Source: Ignavibacteriales bacterium (GTDB lineage Bacteria > Bacteroidota > Ignavibacteria > UBA10030 > UBA6906). Taken from it: a stretch of DNA of 26,665 nucleotides. The stretch lies in assembly GCA_037441705.1 (NCBI GenBank), contig JBBIRR010000050.1, positions 1 through 26,665 on the forward strand. The letters are read 5' to 3'. Position 1 is the first letter of the stretch. Each line of letters starts with the position of its first letter. The notes under the pieces were generated by a model. It did not search any database. It saw only the letters and a list, made by a program, of their open reading frames with translations, and was not told the DNA's origin. A program made the position numbers and the translations under genes. This document shows positions 19,051 through 26,648 of this stretch, piece by piece.

Positions 19051-19665
19051 TTATTTCGCAACCGCGGCGGGTGCCGCGTTGCTCACGATGGGGTATTTGG
19101 TTTCCACCTCGCCCCGGACGATCTTGTTCAAGCGGCCGCGCAGCAACTTCTGCTTGACGGCGCCGAGATGGTCGATGAACAGGACACCGTTGAGGTGGTC
19201 GATTTCATGCAGGATCACGCGACCCAGCAGACCGTCGGCGTCCAGTTCCTGCTCTCGAAAATCCAGGTCGCGATAGCGCACGCGTATGGTCTCGGCGCGC
19301 GTTACCTCGTCCCGGATGTCCGGAATGCTCAGGCATCCCTCCTCCATTTTCCACGAGCCGGACGAAGAGACGACTTCGGGATTCAGCAGCACGAGTTGCT
19401 TCGGCTGTTCCGGCGAAAGCGATGCAGCGGTTGCCGCCTCGCCCACGCCTTCGTGCGGTTTGTCGTCAACATCAGAAATGTCAACGACGATCACGCGCTC
19501 CAGCGCACCAACCTGATTGGCCGCAAGGCCGATACCGCTGGCATGATGCATCGTCTCGAACATGTCGGCGACAAACTTCTTGAGTTCATCCGTCACCTGC
19601 TTGATCGGTCTGGCGCGCTTGCGCAGGACCGGCTGACCGTATGTGTAGATGGGAAGAATTGCCAC
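19051..19665 (-). CDS. def: Peptide deformylase
   Basis: GIGLAANQVG, EGCLSIP, HEIDHLNG. GTG start. Confidence 0.96.
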   Translation of the reverse strand: MAILPIYTYGQPVLRKRARPIKQVTDELKKFVADMFETMHHASGIGLAANQVGALERVIVVDISDVDDKPHEGVGEAATAASLSPEQPKQLVLLNPEVVSSSGSWKMEEGCLSIPDIRDEVTRAETIRVRYRDLDFREQELDADGLLGRVILHEIDHLNGVLFIDHLGAVKQKLLRGRLNKIVRGEVETKYPIVSNAAPAAVAK

Positions 19666-19710
19666 GGGGCTTTCTCGTTCGATGACTCCAATATAGGACG
19701 AGTTGGGGAT

Positions 19711-20355
19711 TTAATCCAGCACGCGCCGCGCGCCGACGAAGCGACGCTTGTAGTACGTACTTTCTAAGGACGACAGCGTAACGCCCTCCACCACGCTGGC
19801 GTGCGCAAACACGTCGTCTTCAAGATAAATGCCGACATGCGATGGAGACTCGCCGGTCGTGTTAAAGAAGACAAGATCGCCGAAGCGCAGGTCCTCTTTC
19901 GAGACGCGTCTGCCCGTGCGGTACTGTTCGATGGTCGAGCGTGGGATTTCTCTCTGTGCGCCGTTCTTGAAAACCTGACAGGTGAACCCGGAGCAATCCA
20001 TGCCATCGGCAGACGAGCCGCCGTAGTCGTAGCGAACGCCGAGGTAGCGGACCACCTCCAGAAGAAACTGATCTCGATTGATGCCCGCAGGTATTTCGTC
20101 GCGACTGCCCCGGCGAGCACGGAGGGACTTAAGATCGACGCGCTTATCGTCTTCTCGCTCTTTCTCGCGTTTGATTTTTGCGAGGTAGATGAATTCGTTC
20201 ACATCCTGAACAACCACCGTCGGCTTCGCCGCACGATCTTCGTCGCGTGTTGCTCGCGACGTGGAACATCCGCCGACGATAAGCCCGACCACGACGGCTG
20301 CCAGGACTGCCGCCCCGGAGGCCTGCGTTCGATCAATCGTACCGGACATACGCAT
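19711..20355 (-). CDS. NlpC/P60 (C40) cell-wall endopeptidase lipoprotein
   Basis: Lipobox-like 'LIVGGC'; Y.YGG...GMDCSGF, PRST.EQ, GDLVFF, SHVGIY, FAHAS. Start at 20355 or 20349. Confidence 0.88.
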   Translation of the reverse strand: MRMSGTIDRTQASGAAVLAAVVVGLIVGGCSTSRATRDEDRAAKPTVVVQDVNEFIYLAKIKREKEREDDKRVDLKSLRARRGSRDEIPAGINRDQFLLEVVRYLGVRYDYGGSSADGMDCSGFTCQVFKNGAQREIPRSTIEQYRTGRRVSKEDLRFGDLVFFNTTGESPSHVGIYLEDDVFAHASVVEGVTLSSLESTYYKRRFVGARRVLD

Positions 20356-20381
20356 CAATCTGTTCGGAAGAATAGAACGGC

Positions 20382-20405
20382 GAAGCCTCCACAAGGGGAG
20401 GCTTC
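20382..20405 (-). terminator. Hairpin downstream of the sigma gene (possible terminator or attenuator)
   Basis: GAAGCCTCC-6 nt-GGAGGCTTC perfect 9-bp stem; the U-tract is weak. Confidence 0.45.
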
Positions 20406-20410
20406 TTCGC

Positions 20411-21268
20411 TCAGCCAAGATAGGCTCGCAGTTGCTTACTGCGCGAGGCGTGCCGCAGCCGCCGGATCGCTTTTTCCTTGATCTGGCGGACGCGCTCACG
20501 CGTCAGTTTGAATTTTTCGCCGATCTCCTCCAGCGTCAGCGAGTGCTCGCGGCCGAGGCCAAAGTAGAGACGGATCACCTCCGCCTCACGCTCGCTCAGC
20601 GTGGAAAGTGCCCGCTCGACTTCCTTGCTCAGCGACTCCTTCATCAGCTCGGAATCCGGCGCGGGCTGCCGTTCGTCCTGGATGACATCCAGCAGGCGAT
20701 TGTCCTCGCCCTGGGCAAACGGCGCGTCCATCGAAAGATGGCGGCCGGAGATCTTGAGCGTATCGGAGACTTCGAAGAGCGACATGTCCAGCTCTTCGGC
20801 AAGCTCGCTTGCGCTCGGCTCGCGTTCGAACTCCTGCTCCAGCGTGCTGAAGGCTTTGCCGATCTTGTTCAGCGCGCCGACGCGGTTGAGCGGCAGGCGC
20901 ACAATGCGCGACTGCTCGGCCAGCGCCTGAAGGATGGACTGACGAATCCACCAGACGGCGTAGGAGATGAACTTGAACCCGCGGGTCTCGTCGAATCGCT
21001 TCGCCGCTTTGATAAGACCGAGGTTTCCCTCGTTAATCAAATCGCCCAGCGAGAGCCCCTGGTTCTGGTACTGTTTTGCCACGCTGACCACGAAGCGCAG
21101 ATTCGCTTTGGTCAGCTTCTCCAACGCTCGCTGGTCGCCTTTCTTGATGCGCTGTGCGAGTTCGATCTCTTCATCCGACTTCAGGAGATCCACTTTGCCA
21201 ATCTCCTGCAGGTATTTGTCAAGAGATTGGCTTTCGCGGTTGTTGTATTGTTTTGATGCTTTACCCAT
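20411..21268 (-). CDS. rpoD: Primary sigma-70 factor, short Bacteroidota/Chlorobiota type lacking region 1.1
   Basis: [78 protein letters not shown]. Confidence 0.92.
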   Translation of the reverse strand: MGKASKQYNNRESQSLDKYLQEIGKVDLLKSDEEIELAQRIKKGDQRALEKLTKANLRFVVSVAKQYQNQGLSLGDLINEGNLGLIKAAKRFDETRGFKFISYAVWWIRQSILQALAEQSRIVRLPLNRVGALNKIGKAFSTLEQEFEREPSASELAEELDMSLFEVSDTLKISGRHLSMDAPFAQGEDNRLLDVIQDERQPAPDSELMKESLSKEVERALSTLSEREAEVIRLYFGLGREHSLTLEEIGEKFKLTRERVRQIKEKAIRRLRHASRSKQLRAYLG

Positions 21269-21303
21269 TCTTCACCTGATGTTCAACAAACTCATCTAAA
21301 CAA

Positions 21304-21579
21304 TCAGAGCCGAAGCTCGTGATCTATCCTGTCAACAATTCCTACGATGCTCGCGTCCACGGGAGCCATCTCCACCGGCAGCGGTATTGTTGCTTCGCGC
21401 GCGGTGATGTAGATGACGGTTTCACCCGGGCCGGCGCCGACCGTATCCACGGCGACGATGGGGTCGCCGGCCTTTTCCCGCATGCCGTTCAGCGGTTGGA
21501 TGAACTGGAGCTTGAAGCTCTCCAGATGCTCATCCTTCCGCGTTGCCCAGACGGTTCCTATGACCCGTGCAAAGAACAT
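21304..21579 (-). CDS. EutN/CcmL family bacterial microcompartment vertex protein (BMC-P)
   Basis: MFFARVIGTVWATRKD, VAVDTVGAGPGE.V, PVDASIVGIVD. Confidence 0.92.
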   Translation of the reverse strand: MFFARVIGTVWATRKDEHLESFKLQFIQPLNGMREKAGDPIVAVDTVGAGPGETVIYITAREATIPLPVEMAPVDASIVGIVDRIDHELRL

Positions 21580-21587
21580 CGCCAGGT

Positions 21588-21857
21588 TCAGTCCGCAATA
21601 TCGATCTTGTCTACGACAGCCATGATGACCGCATCCACCGGCTTGTTCTTTGTGAGCGCGGTCTGCCGGGCAGAACTCCCGCTGCACAGAAGAACAATGT
21701 CGCCGACGCCGGCTTGCACCGTATCCACGGCAACGACGAACGTGTCCTTCAGTGTATAGTCGAGGTCAACGTGCTTGACGATTTGAAATTTCATCCCCAC
21801 AAGCTCTTCGTCCTTCCGCGTCGCCCACACGGTTCCGACGACTTTGCCAAGTATCAT
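21588..21857 (-). CDS. EutN/CcmL family bacterial microcompartment vertex protein (BMC-P)
   Basis: MILGKVVGTVWATRKD, VAVDTVQAGVGD.V, GSSAR, PVDAVIMAVVD. Confidence 0.93.
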   Translation of the reverse strand: MILGKVVGTVWATRKDEELVGMKFQIVKHVDLDYTLKDTFVVAVDTVQAGVGDIVLLCSGSSARQTALTKNKPVDAVIMAVVDKIDIAD

Positions 21858-21876
21858 GCTCGCTTCTCGGTTTTGT

Positions 21877-22317
21877 TTATCCGCGTTTCTGCCGTGCCGT
21901 ACGCAGGATTGCCTCGCCCGAACGCTCGCTGCGCAGCAAGTGGGTCGGCACGATCGTGATGCCCTCGATGCCTGCGAAATCACTGCGCCGGTCGGTCAGG
22001 ATCGGCAAGCGACTCTCGATGCATAACCCGGCGATCAGCACATGCCATCGGTCACGTCTCGCGTTCGCAGCGACAAGCTTTCCGTATCGTTGAGCGGCTT
22101 TCGGATTCAGGCCCAACACCTTCATTGCGGCCATCGCATTCTCAACGGCTGCCGCTTCTTCATCCGACTGAGCAAGCGAAAACAGCTCTATCGCTTGAAA
22201 GACGGTCGTGTAACAGAAGAACTTGCTCATCGCCAGGCGGAGAACCGACGGCCGCCGGGTCCCCGACAGATGATCAAGTACGACATCCGTGTGCACGAGG
22301 ATTTTGGAAACGCTCAT
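21877..22317 (-). CDS. PIN-domain (VapC-like) protein with atypical active site
   Basis: ILVHTDVVLDHL, AIELF, HVLIAGLC, LPILTDRRSDF..I.G follow the VapC pattern. Confidence 0.75.
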   Translation of the reverse strand: MSVSKILVHTDVVLDHLSGTRRPSVLRLAMSKFFCYTTVFQAIELFSLAQSDEEAAAVENAMAAMKVLGLNPKAAQRYGKLVAANARRDRWHVLIAGLCIESRLPILTDRRSDFAGIEGITIVPTHLLRSERSGEAILRTARQKRG

Positions 22318-22628
22318 CGGCGCGTCGCCTTCGCTGCGCCGGGGGTGAGGTTCGCTCGCCGCCTGAACGCGCGGCTCGCCGTCAAACTTCCTTCGGACAT
22401 CAGGAACTTGATCACCTGGTCTCGTGATTCTCGTTGCAGCGCAGCGATCCGTTCTACCTCAGGCTCGGTCACTCCCCTTGCTTTCAGCGCTGAAGAAATC
22501 TCGTTGCTCATCAAACGAACGTGCAGCTTCTTTCCCCCAAGCTCCTTTGCCGCATGCTCGGGAACAGCAATCTTCCCATCATGATCAATCACTGCGACGA
22601 ACTCGATGGCTGTTACGGTTCGGAGCAT
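22314..22628 (-). CDS. Hypothetical protein with AbrB/SpoVT-like N-terminus (putative antitoxin partner)
   Basis: 'AVIDHDGKIAVPEHAAKELG' resembles the AbrB 'D..G.I.IP...R..L' motif. Its stop overlaps the PIN start (ATGA). Confidence 0.55.
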   Translation of the reverse strand: MLRTVTAIEFVAVIDHDGKIAVPEHAAKELGGKKLHVRLMSNEISSALKARGVTEPEVERIAALQRESRDQVIKFLMSEGSLTASRAFRRRANLTPGAAKATRR

Positions 22629-23017
22629 GCCTCACGCATTCTCCGAAAAGAAAGCTCGTGCTGCCACGCCGTCAATGCCGAAGTTGCCCGTGCGAGTCTC
22701 GCCTCCGCAAGAAAGCGTCGCGGTTTGGTTCGCTTTCTGTGGGCAGGGCGACATCCCATATCCCCTTAAATAATAAGCACTTAGCGTCTCAGCGTTTTCG
22801 TCGCCTGCCGTAAATGTCAACACGTCATCGCTCCGCAGTGTTTCAACGATACAGAGGCGAACGTTTGTTCCACCGATTCAATCATGAAACCAACCAGTTG
22901 CTTGTACGGACAAATGCGCCGCCAGTTCCAACGATCGGTCGAGCATACATGCCCGCATGTCGTTAAGACAGGAGTCCGGCTCTTCTCTCGCGCACCGAGT
23001 ACACCGGTACGTGCGCG

Positions 23018-23215
23018 CTATGCGTACACCGTTTTCTCGTTACATTTGCACACAAGCACCCTGCGTTCGTTGAATTTCCATGAGCCGGACTGCTTGGAGA
23101 ATTCCGACGATACCGTGAGCAGTGGTTGATAAATCGTGCCGCACACCGGACACTTAGCGCCTTTGATTTGTGCTGCCTTCGTCGCCTTGTCGGCGAAGGT
23201 TTGTTGCTTTGCCAT
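23018..23215 (-). CDS. Small basic Cys4 protein, probable bL38/DUF4295-related ribosomal protein
   Basis: 65 aa, Lys-rich MAKQQTFADK N-terminus, CPVC...CKC, and 'SKQSGSWKFNE' resembling the DUF4295 'S.KTGAY.F.E' segment. Confidence 0.6.
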   Translation of the reverse strand: MAKQQTFADKATKAAQIKGAKCPVCGTIYQPLLTVSSEFSKQSGSWKFNERRVLVCKCNEKTVYA

Positions 23216-23264
23216 AAGGATTCCTTCTGCGATCTATTATTGTAATGCGAAAAACTTCTTCGGT

Positions 23265-25223
23265 TCAGAACACGAGCACACGGTTACCTCCACTCTCGAT
23301 CGCTTTCTGCAGAACCTGCGAGGCTCTCGTGATCAGGTCGTCTGCATTCATGCCATCCGTCAATCCGCACACACCTCCACTCAGCGTCACCGCGCAGCCT
23401 TCGCCATTGATCGAGAAGACCGTGCTGGCGATTTGCTTGCATACTTTTTCGGCCCAGAGGTACGCATCGCTCGCCGCCATGTTGATGAGCAGGACACTCA
23501 ACGCTGCACTGTCCGTTCTTCCCATGACGTCATACGAATGGATTGAAGAACGAATGATTCCCGCGACGCGATGCAACAAGCTCTCGAACCCTTCGCCCCC
23601 CATACGCCCGATATGCTCCGGCGTTCCATCGATAGCAAAATGGACGAGCGACAGCTCCGCACCGAAGTCCTCCGCACGAACAACTTCCTCCTCCAGCTTC
23701 TTGCGAAAGTGTCTTCGGTTCAGCGAACCGGTCAACTGATCGACGGCAATGTGTTCCTTCACGAGATCGTTCATGTACAGGACTTCGAGCAGCTCCGCAG
23801 CGTTTTCCACCAACCGATAAAGCGTCTCCGTTTCGCTGGGAGAAAAGTGATACTTACCCGCGCTTTCGACCGTCACCGCACCGTAGCAGCGGCTCAGCGA
23901 GCTCATGGGCACACACAGGAATGAGCCGCGCATCGTAATTAATTCGTCGCGCGAAAACCGCATCGCCGGTTCGCCATCCATATCGCCGACATGGACCACG
24001 GTGTTTGTGCGGATAGCCTTACCCACCAGACTCTCCGCAAAATCAACAGAGGCACCGAGCGGAGGATACAGCGTGTTGGTCCGATTCACAAGTTTCTGGA
24101 TTGCCCATCCGTGCTGCTGCTCGGAGTACATGGTCACCGTCAGCACATCCCAGTTCACCAGCTTCACGGCTTCGTCGGCGAGAGCGCCGAGAACGGCCTC
24201 CTCACTCCGCTCGGATTTCACGCGATCCTGCAAGCGTCGGATGGAGGCTAAGAGTTCCGACTCCAGCAGCAGATCATACTTGTTCGTATAGCTCTTGATG
24301 AGCGCCGAGATCACCTTCGTGAACTGTCCCATCAGCGAGAGGGTCTCCGGACCGAACGCGTCCTCTGCTTTACTATCGGCCACAAGAACGCCTTCAGGAA
24401 GCTGCTGGCCGCTCGATGTTTCCGTCAGGTAATACACCGGCACAACGACTAACGACTTGATGCCTTCCTTCACGACGTAGTGAGCAATCAGTTCCGCTTC
24501 GGCCAGCGGGCTGATGCGTCCCAACACCTGTGGCTTGCCGGTGCGCGCCACCTGGCTCACCACATCGTCGCCAAACGGATAGCGCTTCACCAGCATGAAG
24601 TTCTGGCTCATTGTGGCACGCGCTTCCAGCACCATCTGCTGCTTCTCTCTGTTGGCCCAGAAAAACGCGACCGAATGCGCGAAGAGAACCTCCTTCATTG
24701 CCGCCAGCAGCTTGTTCATCACAAAATTGAATTCGCTGCGCGGTTCCAGATCGTTGCGGAAGACATCCGAATCCAAATCGAAGAAATCCCCGATCTCGAA
24801 CTCTTTCACCTTCTCTTCCGGAACAGCCGCAACACGCTGCGCCGATTTGGTGGACGGGACAACCGTCTCCTGCTCCGTTACTTCCTTCACCACATATCCA
24901 TGAGAGGATGGCGGTTGGAAATCATCGAAGAGCAGTGTTTTCATGTCGTGCCGACTGTGTTGTGAATACAATTCCTCTTGGTGGTCGTCCGATTGCCGTT
25001 TGCCGCGCTGCGGCCGATCGGGAGAGAACACGCCGTCGCGTCGAAGAACGATCAACAGATATCCACCCAGCGCAACGACTCCGACTCCGCAAACGATCCG
25101 CCCCACCGGCGAACCAAGAAAAAGACCAATGATGAGCGTGATAAACAGAGCCAACGCAATGGTTCCTTGGACGGTGCGAATCTTCTTCCAGATACGATGT
25201 GCCATTGCGGGCAACGCCACCAT
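23265..25223 (-). CDS. Membrane-anchored GAF-GAF-GGDEF (degenerate) signalling protein
   Basis: Two N-terminal TM helices; GAF-like segments ending 'GVLVADSKAEDAFG' and 'YGAVTVES...FS'; 'DQLTGSLNRRHF' GGDEF start, with signature degenerate to RTDSAAL. Start may be 25205. Confidence 0.85.
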   Translation of the reverse strand: MVALPAMAHRIWKKIRTVQGTIALALFITLIIGLFLGSPVGRIVCGVGVVALGGYLLIVLRRDGVFSPDRPQRGKRQSDDHQEELYSQHSRHDMKTLLFDDFQPPSSHGYVVKEVTEQETVVPSTKSAQRVAAVPEEKVKEFEIGDFFDLDSDVFRNDLEPRSEFNFVMNKLLAAMKEVLFAHSVAFFWANREKQQMVLEARATMSQNFMLVKRYPFGDDVVSQVARTGKPQVLGRISPLAEAELIAHYVVKEGIKSLVVVPVYYLTETSSGQQLPEGVLVADSKAEDAFGPETLSLMGQFTKVISALIKSYTNKYDLLLESELLASIRRLQDRVKSERSEEAVLGALADEAVKLVNWDVLTVTMYSEQQHGWAIQKLVNRTNTLYPPLGASVDFAESLVGKAIRTNTVVHVGDMDGEPAMRFSRDELITMRGSFLCVPMSSLSRCYGAVTVESAGKYHFSPSETETLYRLVENAAELLEVLYMNDLVKEHIAVDQLTGSLNRRHFRKKLEEEVVRAEDFGAELSLVHFAIDGTPEHIGRMGGEGFESLLHRVAGIIRSSIHSYDVMGRTDSAALSVLLINMAASDAYLWAEKVCKQIASTVFSINGEGCAVTLSGGVCGLTDGMNADDLITRASQVLQKAIESGGNRVLVF

Positions 25224-25271
25224 CGGTCGTTTACTTTTTGGATAGGCTGCGGCAATCTAAAAAGCCGTTGA

Positions 25272-25300
25272 AAAGTAAGGAATTAGCAAAGGAAAGTCAA
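25272..25300 (-). promoter_or_regulatory. Putative promoter for the GAF-GGDEF gene
   Basis: Minus strand TTGACT, 17 nt, TACTTT. Confidence 0.55.
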
Positions 25301-25376
25301 CAAAATGATGAGGGTGGGTTGCATCCCAAAAAGTGTGGTAATTAGGCACAGGAAACCGACGAGCAAAGGCGTGATT

Positions 25377-26353
25377 GAGCTAACGAACGCTGGACATCAG
25401 GATTGTAAAAAAGTCACAGGACAGCTGTAACGGACTGGTACATGATCCGCCAGATTCATTCCGAAGAACGTCTGCCCATCATTCGGTTGTGCCATGTGTT
25501 GGATATCAGCAGGAGTCAGTTCTACCGACAGGTCAAATCCATGCGGGATTACCGCGTGCGTGAGCATGCTCGGCAAACGCTTCGCTCCTTTGCCGAGCGA
25601 GCGGAGGGTTTGGCCCGGAAATACCCGCTGTATGGGCATCGCAAAATCCATGCGTTGCTCTAGCGTGAAGGGTATGGTGTGAGTCGTTATCAAGTCTACA
25701 TGTTCTTGAAGGGCAAGCAGTTATCTCTCCCCTCGATCTGGAGAAAGGATCTCCGTCAGAGGAGCAGAGCGTTACAGCAGTATTTGGTCAAGCCGGAACG
25801 ACCCCTGGAACTCCTGCAAGCCGACATCACCGACGTGCCGGTGGAAAACTTCGGGACGTATTATGTTATTGACCTGATCGACTACTCCTCGAAATATTGC
25901 CTGGTGACATTCTGGTCCCAGACCAAGGACACTGCTGCACTCATGCGGGCCTGTGACCTTGCCTTGGAGGAAGCGCGTCGTTTGGAATTACCGATCCCGG
26001 AGAAGATTAAGCTTCTGACCGACAATGGACCAGCCATGATCTCCAGGCGTTTTCGAGACTACATTGCCACAAGTCCATTCCTGCATCTGCGCGCCAGGAG
26101 TCATCACCCACAGACCATCGGCTGTATTGAACGCTTTCACCAAACCCTGAAGTACGAGGAGGTCTGGGGAGCAATGTACGAGAATCCCTTCGTCGCAAAG
26201 GATCGAATCGAAGCATTCAGAATTCTGTACAATACTGAACGCATTCACCAGACGCTTGACTACAAAACGCCATTGGAAGTCATCCAAGAATTCAAACTCA
26301 AAATCACCTACTCAAGCGTCGCCTAAACTGTTCCGAAGGAACCAAACATCACA
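25377..26353 (+). mobile_element. Truncated IS3-family (IS3/IS481-like) insertion sequence; left end and most of OrfA missing
   Basis: OrfB-type transposase, an A6G run at 25407-25413, and a right end ...CTGTTCCGAAGGAACCAAACATCACA (26353) with the TG...CA-type terminus. Left boundary approximate. Confidence 0.75.
25442..26326 (+). pseudogene. IS3-family transposase OrfB with in-frame amber stop
   Basis: ORFs 25442-25663 and 25679-26326 are in the same frame: ...YGHRKIHALL*REGYGVSRYQV... The DD(35)E triad (QADIT, TDNG, CIERFHQTLKYE) is intact. Confidence 0.85.
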
Positions 26354-26545
26354 GTACACCATGTGAACCTCTGATGCCTCGAAACGCTTCAGCGTGGCAA
26401 TCAACCGCTCCGGCTCCGGAGTGATCGTGCTGGGGTACAGCTCTTGTCCTTGGCAAAGAACGTCTACTGTCCAATCACGCTTGTGGACATCAATGCCGAC
26501 AAACATCGGCTTGCCTTTTCCGAAATCTCTTGTTACGGTTGCCAT
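26354..26545 (-). pseudogene. IS110-family transposase, N-terminal fragment truncated by the IS3 element
   Basis: AGGAGG SD before ATG 26545; 'FVGIDVHK' RuvC-like first motif. The frame reads ...VHMVY and then enters the IS3 right end exactly where the conserved 'YEA' Glu is expected. Confidence 0.85.
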
Positions 26546-26547
26546 AG

Positions 26548-26648
26548 AACCTCCTCGATCGCGTTGCCGGAATATACCGGCTTTGGGCTTCGAGCCCGTC
26601 TGATTAATGGAACCTCGTGTTCCTAATATAATCTGCGACGAGGAGGTT
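26548..26648 (-). ncRNA. Structured noncoding leader of the IS110 element (candidate bridge/seekRNA portion)
   Basis: 14-bp enclosing stem (26548-26562 with 26635-26648, one bulge) around three hairpins (26566-81, 26585-97, 26602-33), identified by eye. Confidence 0.5.

Noticed and set aside
20261-21256. 331-aa antisense ORF over rpoD (likewise those opposite parA, spmAB, the nucleotidyltransferase and the GH26 fusion)
   Set aside because: Shadow ORFs arising from codon bias of conserved genes on the opposite strand.
22629-23017. ~390-bp intergenic region: small ORFs 22632..22823 and 22884..23129, or an ncRNA
   Set aside because: No recognisable protein or RNA family motif. Only a weak palindrome (TAAGCACTTA near 22774), an unpaired TTGACA and one short hairpin near 22989-23017; not enough to call.
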